A DNA stretch of 62,827 nt, counting the filler, from Sandaracinaceae bacterium (GTDB lineage Bacteria > Myxococcota_A > Polyangia > Polyangiales > JADJQN01): assembly GCA_947483975.1 (NCBI GenBank). It is 7 parts of 7 records of this genome, joined end to end, with 100 filler letters (N's around TTAATTAATTAA, not from the genome) between each part and the next. Parts side by side here need not be neighbours in the genome. Positions count along the whole stretch, not along the records: positions 45,400 to 54,085 come from CANKOL010000225.1; positions 54,186 to 62,827 come from CANKOL010000227.1; 5 more parts are not named here. The stretch is one strand, 5' to 3'. A program made the translations under genes and the position numbers. Numbering within the stretch: the stretch's first letter is position 1; every line of letters begins with the position of its first letter. The notes below the pieces were generated by a model. That model ran no database searches and was not told where the DNA came from. It saw only the letters and a list, made by a program, of their open reading frames with translations. This document shows positions 50,780 through 59,926 of this stretch, one piece after another.

Positions 50780-51283
50780 ATGACCACGAACGACTCGCGC
50801 CCATTCCTCGTCCTCACCGCGATCCTCGACGGCGCCGCGCGCGCCGCGGCCGTCACCCGCAGCCACGGCGAGGCGCTCGACCGCGCCATGCGCGCGAGCA
50901 GCAGCGCCTCGACGGCGGGCTTCGACATCGTCGAACTCCCCGTCGCGCCATCGTCCTTTCAGGCGCTGCGCAAGCACATGGCCTACCCGGCCGACACCGT
51001 CGCGATCTACGACGTCTTCCCGCTCGCGGCGCACCTCAACGCGGGCGAGCGCAAGGTCGCCGCGCAGTTCCTCGCCGCCGAGGTGCTGTGGACGCTCGAG
51101 GAGCAGGGGCTGCTCGCCGGCGTGCCGCTCAACCTGAAGTTCGACCTGCCGCAGGGCTGGGACAAGAGCCCCGTCGCCATGCGTGACAAGCTCCTCGCCG
51201 TCGGCGCGCTCGACCTTTCGGACGACGCGATCGAGACGTTCAAGACCGTCAAGACCGCCTGGATCGCCTCCGCCCCGAAGTGA
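50780..51283 (+). CDS. Hypothetical protein
   Basis: 167-aa ORF with strong GC3 codon bias, co-oriented downstream of infA. Confidence 0.65.
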   Translation: MTTNDSRPFLVLTAILDGAARAAAVTRSHGEALDRAMRASSSASTAGFDIVELPVAPSSFQALRKHMAYPADTVAIYDVFPLAAHLNAGERKVAAQFLAAEVLWTLEEQGLLAGVPLNLKFDLPQGWDKSPVAMRDKLLAVGALDLSDDAIETFKTVKTAWIASAPK

Positions 51284-51322
51284 GCACCCGAGGCTCCCGC
51301 ACCTAGCGCGTCGTCCGGGGGG

Positions 51323-51451
51323 ACGGCGCGCTCGCGGAGCCTACGGCGCGCAGGCGCGGAGCCTAGGGCGCGCTTGCGCTGAGACTACGGCGCGCTTGCG
51401 CTGAGACTACGGCGCGCAGCCGCGGAGCCTGGGGCGCGCGGGCGCGGGCCT
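51323..51451. repeat. Six imperfect ~22-bp tandem repeats between convergent genes
   Basis: Units such as ACGGCGCGCTTGCGCTGAGACT start at 51323, 51343, 51365, 51387, 51409 and 51431. Confidence 0.8.
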
Positions 51452-51837
51452 CAGTTGAGCGTCAGCGGCAGCGCAAGCTCGAACGCCGCGATGTCGGCGT
51501 CGAAGCGCTCGCCCGTCTGCGCGACGACCATCTGGTAGCTGCCGCGCATCGAGCCGCGCGGCGTCTCGAGCTCGCAGCCGCTCGTGTACTCGAAGCGCTG
51601 CCCCGGCGGAAGCGTGGGCTGCGCGCCGACGACGCCTGCCCCGCGCACCTCGTCGATGTGCCCGTCGCCGTTGGTGATGATCCAGTGCCGCGCCTCGAGC
51701 TGCACGGTCTCGTCGCCCTGGTTCTCGATCTGCACGGTGTACGCGAAGCGGTAGCGGTGCTCCCGCGGCGCCGACTGCTCCTTCAGGTAGAAGCTCTGCA
51801 CCGTCACGCGCACGCCCCGAGTCTTCGCCGTGGACAT
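51451..51837 (-). CDS. apaG: ApaG domain protein
   Basis: Y.FAY...I.N, QL..RHWIIT, V.G.GVVG.QP.L.PG..FEYTSG..L.TP.GSM.G.Y. Confidence 0.95.
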   Translation of the reverse strand: MSTAKTRGVRVTVQSFYLKEQSAPREHRYRFAYTVQIENQGDETVQLEARHWIITNGDGHIDEVRGAGVVGAQPTLPPGQRFEYTSGCELETPRGSMRGSYQMVVAQTGERFDADIAAFELALPLTLN

Positions 51838-51910
51838 GCGCGCAACCCTAGGGTCGGCGACCGTCGATGCCAAGCTCGGCCGAGCGGAAAGCCGACGCCT
51901 GGGTCGCCCC

Positions 51911-51948
51911 AACGGAAAGAGGCCGGCGCACCTGAGTGCCCGGCCTCT
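51911..51948 (-). terminator. Intrinsic terminator of the tRNA operon
   Basis: On the minus strand, AGAGGCCGG..CCGGCCTCT stem followed by TTCCGTT. Confidence 0.55.
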
Positions 51949-52040
51949 GTTGCCAACTGTCCGACCAGCGTCCTGCTGGCATGCTGCCTACCCAGCGTTC
52001 CGCTGGTCGACCGACGCGCTCACTCGCGTCGGTCACTGGG

Positions 52041-52112
52041 TGACCCCAAGCAGATTTGAACTGCTGTACTCGGCGTGAGAGGCCGATGTCCTAACCACTA
52101 GACGATGGGGCC
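52041..52112 (-). tRNA. tRNA-Glu(CTC)
   Basis: GGCCCCATCGTCTAGTGGTTAGGACATCGGCCT-CTC-ACGCCGAGTACAGCAGTTCAAATCTGCTTGGGGTCA folds into a cloverleaf. Confidence 0.95.
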
Positions 52113-52194
52113 GATTTCCTGAACGAGATAACTGCTGCGAACGAGAGCTGCAACGAGAGAGACCTTCTTACACGAGACTGCTGCGCAAGGTAGG

Positions 52195-52268
52195 TGGCTC
52201 GGGGACAAGGATTCGAACCTTGATAGCCAGATCCAGAAACTGGCGTCCTGCCATTAGACGATCCCCGA
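52195..52268 (-). tRNA. tRNA-Gln(CTG)
   Basis: TCGGGGATCGTCTAATGGCAGGACGCCAGTTT-CTG-GATCTGGCTATCAAGGTTCGAATCCTTGTCCCCGAGCCA, with U1-A72 and encoded CCA. Confidence 0.95.
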
Positions 52269-52302
52269 AAACGCTGCGGGCTTCGCCCCGTCGAGGCGCG
52301 CT

Positions 52303-52331
52303 CTATTACAATCCAGGTGGGGTTGTGTCAA
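52303..52331 (-). promoter_or_regulatory. Probable promoter of the tRNA-Gln/tRNA-Glu operon
   Basis: On the minus strand, TTGACA, then AT-rich TGTAATAG, then a GC-rich discriminator-like GCGCGCC. Confidence 0.5.
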
Positions 52332-52361
52332 GCGAGGCGAGCACAAGAACCGCGCAGAAAC

Positions 52362-52751
52362 CTAACGACCGCGCTTGAGCTTGGCGACGAGCCGCGCGTC
52401 GGGCGGGGGAAGCTCGTAGCGGTCGAGCTCCTCGGGCTTCACCCACGCGTGATCGACGACCTGAAGGTGCTGCACCTCGCCGCTCAGGAGGCGGCAGTCG
52501 TAGAAGAGGAGCAGCACGTCTTTTCGGGCGTAGCGGTGGTAGGTGACCTCGATGATGTCGAGCACCTCGACCTCGATCGCGCACTCTTCGCGGCACTCGC
52601 GCGCGAGCGCGACCTCGGGGGACTCGCCGTACTCGAGCTTGCCCCCAGGGAACTCCCAGAAGCCCGCGAGGTGGCCGCGGTCAGGCCTGCGCGTCAGCAG
52701 GATCTCTCCCGCCCGCCGGATGACCGCAGCCGCGACGAGGACCGTGGCCAT
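52362..52751 (-). CDS. mutT: NUDIX hydrolase, MutT-like
   Basis: WEFPGGKLE.GESPE.AL.REC.EE (Nudix box with the terminal Gly replaced by Ala). Confidence 0.85.
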   Translation of the reverse strand: MATVLVAAAVIRRAGEILLTRRPDRGHLAGFWEFPGGKLEYGESPEVALARECREECAIEVEVLDIIEVTYHRYARKDVLLLFYDCRLLSGEVQHLQVVDHAWVKPEELDRYELPPPDARLVAKLKRGR

Positions 52752-54085
52752 CAGCGCGTCACATCCTCGCCAGTCGCGCGACCGAGGCGCGCGTGCGCGA
52801 TTCGCAGGTCGATCGCCGCGTTGACGAGGTCGAGGCGCGCCCGTGAGAGCTCGGCGTCGGCGTCGATGATGTCGGTCGTGACGGCGGCGCCTGCGCGGAA
52901 GCGCTCCTGGCGGATGCGGTACGCCTCGGCCGACGCGGCCTCACCGAGGCGCGCGGCGGCCAGCGCCTCGCGCGAGGCGTTGTAGCCCTCGTAGGCCTGC
53001 TGGACCTCGATGCGCAGCCCGTCCTCGAGCGCGGCGAGGTCCGAGCGCGCCTGGATCAGCTCCGCCGAGGCGCTGCTGACGTCCTGCGTCGAATTGAGGA
53101 AGTCGTTCGGCGACCACGAGACGACCGCGCTGACGTCCCAGGTGCCGTTGAACTCCTCGCCCGCGAGCGTGTAGCGCTGGTTCGGGTTGGAGTAGTCGGC
53201 GTTCGCCGCGACGGCGAGGTGCGGCATCCCCTGCATCCGGCGGGCGGTCGTGAGGTTCTCGCGGCCGGTGATCACGAAGCGGAGCGCGCGCATCTCGGCG
53301 CGGCGCTCCATCGCGGACGCGAGCAGCTGCTCGGGCGTCTGGCTGATCGGCGGCATATCGGCGAGCAGGTCCTCGCCGATGCCAGGCGCGTTGAGCGACG
53401 GATCGTGCGTCAGCGTGCGCAGCGCGACGGCGGCGATCGCGACGGCGCCCATCGTGCGGGCGAGCCCGACGCGCGCGGCGGCGAGCTGGGCCTCGATGCG
53501 CTGCTGCTCGACGGCGGCGATCGTCCCGGCGCGCACGAACGCCTCGATGTCGCGCTGGTGCGCCTCGACCTGGCTGACGGCGAGCTGCGCGACGGCGAGC
53601 GAGGCGCGCGCGCGGGCGTAGCCGTAGAAGGCCTCACGCGCCTGGAGCGCGACCGACTGCTGCGCGGACTCCTGCTGCGCGCCAGCGGCCTCGGCGAAGC
53701 GCTGGCTCGCGCGGTAGGCCGGCAGGATCGTCAGGAACATGTCGCTGACGGGGACGGTGAGGCCCGCGTGAAGCGCGTACTGGTTGAGCACGACGGGGAA
53801 CGAGAACCCGGCTGATCGCGAGGAGGCGACCTGCGCGTCGAAGTTGCCCTGAAAGAGCCCTCGCGCCGCCGGGTCGGTGACCGAGGCGATCACGCCGTTC
53901 ATCATCGCGATCTGCGCGTCGGTGATCGGCTTGCTGAACGACAGGCTCGTCGCCTCGATCGACGAGAGCCGCGTGTAGCGCGCGGACAACTCGAGGCGCG
54001 GGATGAACGCGAACGAGGCGCGCGTCGCCGCTGCCTCGGCCGCGGACGCCGCCGCGCGCGCGCGCTCGAGGCCGGGCGCGGTCTC
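52751..54085 (-). CDS. TolC family outer-membrane protein, 5'-truncated
   Basis: Helical repeats with R.E, P.L...A.Y, ERFRAG....DIIDA..L..AR. Confidence 0.85.
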   Translation of the reverse strand, partial: ETAPGLERARAAASAAEAAATRASFAFIPRLELSARYTRLSSIEATSLSFSKPITDAQIAMMNGVIASVTDPAARGLFQGNFDAQVASSRSAGFSFPVVLNQYALHAGLTVPVSDMFLTILPAYRASQRFAEAAGAQQESAQQSVALQAREAFYGYARARASLAVAQLAVSQVEAHQRDIEAFVRAGTIAAVEQQRIEAQLAAARVGLARTMGAVAIAAVALRTLTHDPSLNAPGIGEDLLADMPPISQTPEQLLASAMERRAEMRALRFVITGRENLTTARRMQGMPHLAVAANADYSNPNQRYTLAGEEFNGTWDVSAVVSWSPNDFLNSTQDVSSASAELIQARSDLAALEDGLRIEVQQAYEGYNASREALAAARLGEAASAEAYRIRQERFRAGAAVTTDIIDADAELSRARLDLVNAAIDLRIAHARLGRATGEDVTR

Positions 54086-54185
54086 NNNNNNNNNNNNNNN
54101 NNNNNNNNNNNNNNNNNNNNNNNNNNNNNTTAATTAATTAANNNNNNNNNNNNNNNNNNNNNNNNNNNNNNNNNNNNNNNNNNNN
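54086..54185. other. Artificial contig spacer
   Basis: N44-TTAATTAATTAA-N44. Confidence 0.99.
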
Positions 54186-54735
54186 CGAGAAACGGCGGCA
54201 GCCCCGCGAAGCGCGCGCTCGACGCGACGCTCGAGCCTGCGCGCGGCCGCGTCAGCGCGGCGTGCGTCGACGGCATGGGCCCCGCGAGCGGGAAGGCGTT
54301 CGGCCTGCGGGCGCGGTGCAGCTCCGCGAGCATGTTGGCGATCGGCGTGACGCCCGCGATGGGGTCCTTGCCGAAGGGCCAGCCGTACGCGTAGGCGCCC
54401 GCGAGGCGGTCATCGAGGTAGATCGGCGAGCCGCTCATCCCCGCGACGCTCGAGGCGTGATCGAGGATCGGATGATCCGTGCGGATCAGGATGATGTCCT
54501 GGTCGGGGCGGAAGTTGTGGAGGACGTCGATCACCTCGACGTCGAAGCGCGCGGGGGTCTCGCCCTCGAAGACGGTGAGCCCGTAGCCGCGCATCCCGCG
54601 GTGGATCTCCTCGATCGGGATGGTCGTCTGGCGCGTCTGCCCGATGGCGACGACGGCGACGAGGAGCGGCAGCGCGGCCAGCGCGAGGAGGGCACGGGGA
54701 AGGCGGCGCAAGGGACGCCGAATTTCCGCTGTCAT
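54186..54735 (-). CDS. SpoIVB-like peptidase S55 domain protein, 3'-truncated
   Basis: Signal/TM; GM.GYG.TVF.G...F.VEV, AGMSGSPIY...LAGA.AYG, GVTPI..ML. Confidence 0.85.
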
Positions 54736-54878
54736 CCCGCGAGTGTCAAGCCTGCCGACGCCGCCTTCAGGCTGCGCCCGTCGAGCGTTTCGGGGCGCTC
54801 TCGAGCCCGTGCGCGTCGAGGCGCACGCCGCGCTCTCGGTGCTCGCCAACAGCGCCGCGGCGAGGCGTCCGAGCGCGC

Positions 54879-55379
54879 TCACTCCGCGGGCGCGAACCCG
54901 CCGCCCAGCAGATGCTCAGGCGTCACGAGGCGCAGCACCTCTGCGATCGTCTCTGCGCGGAAGGGCTTCGTCAGGCACGCGACGACCCCCGCGAGGCGCG
55001 CGGCGATACGCACCTCGTCGTGCGTGTCCGCCGCGGTCATCAGCACGACCTGGATCTGCGCGTGCTCTTCGCGCAGCACAGCCGCGAGGTCGAGCGCGGA
55101 CATCCCGGACGTCGCCGGTAGGTCGGCGTCGACGAGCACGAGATCGACCGGCCACTGCCGGATCAGCGCGAGCGCGCCGTCGCCGGAGCTCGTGCCGACC
55201 ACGCGATTGCCGTGGACGGTCAGCATCCGCGCGAGGCGCCACTGCAGCTCGGGGTCCGCTTCCACCAAGAGCACCGCGGCAGCGGGCTGGCCGTCCGCCG
55301 CGGCCCCCGACGCGCTGCGGCGCGCCGAGGCAGCGCGCATCGCGTCCGACAGTTTCTTCTCGTCCGTCCCGGTGCTCAT
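54879..55379 (-). CDS. Single-domain response regulator (atypical receiver)
   Basis: VLLVEAD, DLVLVDADLP, VVLMTA, LTKPF. Confidence 0.8.
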   Translation of the reverse strand: MSTGTDEKKLSDAMRAASARRSASGAAADGQPAAAVLLVEADPELQWRLARMLTVHGNRVVGTSSGDGALALIRQWPVDLVLVDADLPATSGMSALDLAAVLREEHAQIQVVLMTAADTHDEVRIAARLAGVVACLTKPFRAETIAEVLRLVTPEHLLGGGFAPAE

Positions 55380-55679
55380 CGTCTGCTGGTCCTCTGTCCC
55401 CTGCCGCCCCACGACGATACGCACGCCACCACGCGACGACACCGCGTGCACTCTCGTCACAGCAGCCAACACCTGGGCGCCGTGAATCTTCCCGCCGAAC
55501 TGCCTCTCCCCAAGAGAAAGCCGCGCGAAGAGCGAAAGAGGCCCCAAGATAGCGCGCGTCGATCGAGGGCGCAACGGAGTCCCCGACCACGTCGCACGCT
55601 GACCCGAGGCTGCCCCAATCGCCCTTTGGATGTTGCCGGGGCGGCCCACGAGCGTTGCTCCGCGCGCACCCGGTCGGCT

Positions 55680-56435
55680 ATGGTCGCGCCCGTGCGACCC
55701 CCGCCGCTTCCCCACCAGCTCTCGGTGCTCCACCGAGTGCTCGAGCGCATCACGCAGATGGATGGCGAGACCGGCCGGGCGCCCGTCGTCGTCTTCGACC
55801 TCGATGCCACGCTCTACGACAACCGCCCCCGCACCCTGCAGATCCTCATGGAGTACGCGGAAGAGGTGCGCGCCGACTTCCCCGACGTCGCCAGCGCGCT
55901 CGCGACGCTCGACGAGCAGCACATCAAGTATCTGCTGAGCGACACGCTCCGGGGCTGCGCGCTCACGCACCACGAGGTCGTGCGAGACGTGACCTCGTAC
56001 TGGCGCGACCGCTTCTTCTCGGACGAGTACGTCCGCTACGACGTGGCGCTCGAGGGCGCGTCGGAGTTCGTGCGCGCGTGCCACGAGGCGGGCGCGATCA
56101 TCGTCTACATGACGGGGCGCGACATCTCCGGGATGTTGCTCGGCACCATGTCGAGCCTGCGGGACAGCGGCTTTCCGCTCGCCGTCGCGGGCGTCGAGTG
56201 CGTGCTCAAGCCGGACGCGACGATGCCCGACGAGGCGTTCAAGCGCACCGCGCTGCCGTCGCTCCTGAAGCTCGGCGACGTGATCGCGTTCTTCGACAAC
56301 GAGCCCGCGAACTGCAACGTCGCGCTGCAAATCTTTCCCGACTCGACGGGCGTGCTCCTCGACACTCAGCGTGTTCCGGGCGCGCCCGCGTTGGATGTCG
56401 GCATCGAGACGATCAGAGACTTCCGGCTCGTGTAG
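55680..56435 (+). CDS. HAD superfamily hydrolase
   Basis: VFDLDATL, YMTGR, K, FFDNEP.N. Confidence 0.8.
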   Translation: MVAPVRPPPLPHQLSVLHRVLERITQMDGETGRAPVVVFDLDATLYDNRPRTLQILMEYAEEVRADFPDVASALATLDEQHIKYLLSDTLRGCALTHHEVVRDVTSYWRDRFFSDEYVRYDVALEGASEFVRACHEAGAIIVYMTGRDISGMLLGTMSSLRDSGFPLAVAGVECVLKPDATMPDEAFKRTALPSLLKLGDVIAFFDNEPANCNVALQIFPDSTGVLLDTQRVPGAPALDVGIETIRDFRLV

Positions 56436-56486
56436 TCCCGCGGGGCTAGCGCTCGTCCCGGCCACGGGCGTGCGTCACACTCGCGC

Positions 56487-59156
56487 ATGGCTCAGCCCGG
56501 ACGCGCGGTCTTGCCGAGGACCGTCCTCGCGAAGAGTCACGCGAGGCGGTCGCTGCGAGTCTCGCAGGCGGTCGTCGACACCGCCGCGCTCGACGCTGCG
56601 GGCGTCTACGCGCGTCTCGCGACTCGCCCTGACGGGCTGACGAGCGCAGAGGCGGCGGCGCGCCTCCTCGCGCATGGGCCGAACATCCTCTCGAAGGACC
56701 GCGAGGTCGGCCTACTCAGTCTCCTCTGGCACGCGGTGCGTGACCCGCTCGTGCTCCTGCTCGCGGTGCTCGCCGCCGTGTCCTTCGCGACGGGGGACTC
56801 GCGCGCGGCCGTGATGATGCTCGCGATGATCACGCTGAGCGTCAGCCTGAAGCTCTTCCAAGAGTCCAAGGCGGGGCACGCAGCCGCCAAGCTCAAGGCG
56901 ATGATCTCCGTGAAGGCGACGGTCGTCCGCGACGGCGTCGCGCAGGAGGTCGCCGTCTCGCACCTCGTGCCCGGCGACGTCGTGAAGCTCGCCGCGGGCG
57001 ACATGATCCCGGGCGACGTCCGCGTGGTGCAGGCCAAGGATCTGTTCGTGATCCAGGGCTCGCTGACGGGCGAGAGCTTCCCCGTCGAGAAGTTCGCGGC
57101 CGAGACCAAGAGCGCGACCTCGCCGCCGCTCGAGCTGACGAGCGTCGCGTTTCTGGGGACGAGCGTGGGCAGCGGCGCGGCCACGGCGGTGGTCGTCGCG
57201 ACAGGGCAGCAGACCTACCTGGGCGGCATGGCGGAGGCGCTGCAAGAGCCCGTCGCGCCGACGGCGTTCGACCGCGGGATCGCCCAGTTCACGCGGCTGA
57301 TGCTCGCGTTCATGGCGGTGATGGTGCCGCTGGTCTTCGTGCTGAACGGGCTGACCAAGGGCAGCTGGGGGGAGGCGTTCTTCTTCGCGCTCGCCGTCGC
57401 CGTCGGGCTCACGCCCGAGATGCTGCCGATGATCGTGACGATCTGCCTGTCGAAGGGCGCCGTCGCGATGGGTCAGCGGAAGGTGATCATCAAGCGGATC
57501 CACGCGATTCAGAACCTCGGCGCGATGGACGTGCTCTGCACGGACAAGACAGGCACGCTGACGCAGGACCGCATCACGCTCGAGCGGCACTGCGATGTGC
57601 GGCTGCGTGAGGACGAGAACGTCCTCGCGCTCGCGTACATCAACTGTCACTTTCAGACGGGCCTCAAGAGCGTGCTCGACCGCGCGGTGCTCGCGCACGA
57701 GGAGAGCCACGCGCACGCCCGCGTGCCGGAGCTCGCGAAGGTCGACGAGATCCCGTTCGACTTCGAGCGGCGGCTGATGTCGGTCGTCGTGCGCACTCCC
57801 GATGGTGGCGACCGCATCGTGTCGAAGGGCGCGCCGGAGGCGATCTTCGAGCGCTGCGTGCGCTTCCGGCTCGATGGCGAGCTCCTGCCGATGGATCACC
57901 CGCACATCGAGGAGCTGAAGGCGGAGTACGAACGCTTGAGCTCCGACGGTTTTCGCGTGCTCGCGATCGCGACGAGGGATGGCCCCGCGCACGGCGTCGT
58001 CGCCGCGCACGCGACGCCGTACGGCAAGGCGGACGAGCGTGACCTCGTGCTCGAGGGCTACGTCGCGTTCCTCGATCCGCCGAAGGAGAGCGCGCGCGCC
58101 GCCATCGCCGCGCTCGCGGGGCACGGCGTCGCGGTCAAGGTGATCACGGGCGACAACGAGCTCGTCGCGCGCAAGCTCTGCGCCGAGGTCGGGCTCGCGA
58201 CGGAGCATGTGCTGCTCGGGGAGGCCGTCGAGACGCTGAGCGCCGAGCAGCTCGCCGACGCCGCCGAGCGAACGACGCTGTTCGCGCGCGTGTCGCCCGC
58301 GCACAAGCAGCGGATCATCGAGGCGCTGCGCTCGCGTAAGCACACCGTCGGCTTTCTCGGCGACGGCATCAACGACGCGCCGGCGCTGCACGCGGCCGAC
58401 GTCGGCATCAGCGTGGACACCGCCGTCGACATCGCGAAGGAGTCGGCGGACATCATCCTGCTCGAGAAGTCGCTGCTCGTGCTCGACGAGGGCGTGCTCG
58501 AAGGGCGCAAGGTGTTCTCGAACATCGTCAAGTACGTGCGGATGGGCGCGTCGAGCAACTTCGGCAACATGTTCAGCGTGCTCGGCGCGAGCGTGTTCGT
58601 GCCGTTCTTGCCGATGAAGCCGCTGCAGATCCTCGCGAACAACCTGCTCTACGATCTCGGTCAGACGGCGATCCCGACAGACACCGTCGACGCTGAGCAA
58701 CTGCAGCGTCCGCGTGCATGGGATATCAAGGAGCTGACGCGCTTCATCGTGTTCATCGGGCCGTGTTCCTCGATCTTCGATTACTCCACGTACTTTCTGA
58801 TGCTCTATGTGTTTCGCTGTTGGGATGTGTCTTCGCCCGCCGCCGCCGCGCACAGCGCGAGCCTCTTTCAGACAGGCTGGTTCGTCGAGAGTCTGCTGAC
58901 CCAGACGCTGATCATTCACATCATCCGCACGAACAAGCTCCCGTTCTTGCAGAGCCGCCCGTCTGGCTTCTTGCTCGCGACGAGCCTGGTGATCATCGTC
59001 GTCGGGATCGCGCTGCCGTACACGCTGCCCGGGCGCTACCTCGGCTTCACGGCGCTGCCGCTGCTCTATTGGCCGTACCTCGCCGCGACGCTGTTCGGCT
59101 ATGTGCTCCTCACCCAAACAGCCAAGGCGTGGCTGCTCCGGCGAACCTGGAGCTGA
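56487..59156 (+). CDS. mgtA: Magnesium-translocating P-type ATPase
   Basis: LTGES, GLTPEMLP, LCTDKTGTLT, KGAPE, TGDN, GDGINDAP, ASSNFGN, FQTGWFVES. Confidence 0.95.
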   Translation: MAQPGRAVLPRTVLAKSHARRSLRVSQAVVDTAALDAAGVYARLATRPDGLTSAEAAARLLAHGPNILSKDREVGLLSLLWHAVRDPLVLLLAVLAAVSFATGDSRAAVMMLAMITLSVSLKLFQESKAGHAAAKLKAMISVKATVVRDGVAQEVAVSHLVPGDVVKLAAGDMIPGDVRVVQAKDLFVIQGSLTGESFPVEKFAAETKSATSPPLELTSVAFLGTSVGSGAATAVVVATGQQTYLGGMAEALQEPVAPTAFDRGIAQFTRLMLAFMAVMVPLVFVLNGLTKGSWGEAFFFALAVAVGLTPEMLPMIVTICLSKGAVAMGQRKVIIKRIHAIQNLGAMDVLCTDKTGTLTQDRITLERHCDVRLREDENVLALAYINCHFQTGLKSVLDRAVLAHEESHAHARVPELAKVDEIPFDFERRLMSVVVRTPDGGDRIVSKGAPEAIFERCVRFRLDGELLPMDHPHIEELKAEYERLSSDGFRVLAIATRDGPAHGVVAAHATPYGKADERDLVLEGYVAFLDPPKESARAAIAALAGHGVAVKVITGDNELVARKLCAEVGLATEHVLLGEAVETLSAEQLADAAERTTLFARVSPAHKQRIIEALRSRKHTVGFLGDGINDAPALHAADVGISVDTAVDIAKESADIILLEKSLLVLDEGVLEGRKVFSNIVKYVRMGASSNFGNMFSVLGASVFVPFLPMKPLQILANNLLYDLGQTAIPTDTVDAEQLQRPRAWDIKELTRFIVFIGPCSSIFDYSTYFLMLYVFRCWDVSSPAAAAHSASLFQTGWFVESLLTQTLIIHIIRTNKLPFLQSRPSGFLLATSLVIIVVGIALPYTLPGRYLGFTALPLLYWPYLAATLFGYVLLTQTAKAWLLRRTWS

Positions 59157-59184
59157 GGCTCGTACTCGCCAGCGCGGGTGTGGG

Positions 59185-59862
59185 TCAGCCCTCGCGGCGC
59201 CCGAGGAAGAGCCAGTGTCTCGACCCTTTGCGCACGGCCCCCCGCGCGCGCACGGGCTGCACCAAGACCGAGAATCCCGCGGCGCGCAGGGCGCGCTGGA
59301 ATGGCTCGCTCTCGACGGCTGACCAGACGACGAGGCGGCCCGACGGGCGCAGCGCGGCTCGCAACGCGCCCAACCCGCGGGGGCCATAGAGCCAGGCGTT
59401 CGACGCGACGGTGAACGCCTCTGGCCCGTTGTCGACGTCGAGCAAGATCGCGTCGAAGGCGCTCGGTGAGCGCTTCACCAGGCCAATGACGTCGCCGACG
59501 ACGAGGCGCGTGCGCGGGTCGTCGAGCGGGGCTCCTGCGAGCGGGCCGAGGGGGCCGCGGTTCCACTCCACGATGCTCGGCAGGAGCTCCGCGACGACGA
59601 CCTCCGCGTCGGCGCCGAGCGCGTCGAGCACCGCGCGCAGCGTGAACCCCATGCCGAGCCCGCCGACCAGGACGCGCGCGCCGGCGTGCTCGCGCAGGCC
59701 GTCACAGCCGACCTCGGCGAGCGCCTCCTCCGAGCCGTGGACGCGGCTCGACATCAGCGGGACGTTGTCGACGCGCACGACGAGCGCGACGCCCTCGCGC
59801 GTCAGCGTGAGCGGCAGGCCGTCGGGTGTGACGGACTCTCCGAGGACCTCGCGGGGCAGCAT
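59185..59862 (-). CDS. Spermidine synthase-like SAM-dependent methyltransferase
   Basis: LMSS..HGSEEALA, VLVGGLGMGFTL, FDAILLDVDNGP. Confidence 0.85.
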   Translation of the reverse strand: MLPREVLGESVTPDGLPLTLTREGVALVVRVDNVPLMSSRVHGSEEALAEVGCDGLREHAGARVLVGGLGMGFTLRAVLDALGADAEVVVAELLPSIVEWNRGPLGPLAGAPLDDPRTRLVVGDVIGLVKRSPSAFDAILLDVDNGPEAFTVASNAWLYGPRGLGALRAALRPSGRLVVWSAVESEPFQRALRAAGFSVLVQPVRARGAVRKGSRHWLFLGRREG

Positions 59863-59926
59863 GGGCGGGACTCTATCCGCGCCGCGTCGCGCGGCCTAGC
59901 CGAACATCCGGTAGGCTCCGCGGCCC

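Noticed and set aside
51840..52270. Prophage or genomic island at the tRNA genes
   Set aside because: There is no integrase, no duplicated tRNA 3' end and no phage gene, and the flanks are housekeeping genes (apaG, mutT).
9064..54185. Recurring TTAATTAATTAA motif and cross-gap gene neighbourhoods
   Set aside because: Identical 100-bp N-padded linkers join contigs ordered by decreasing size. They are artificial, so adjacency across them has no biological meaning.
56436..56486. Mg2+ riboswitch or leader peptide upstream of mgtA
   Set aside because: Only ~50 bp separate mgtA from the HAD gene, with no recognisable leader.
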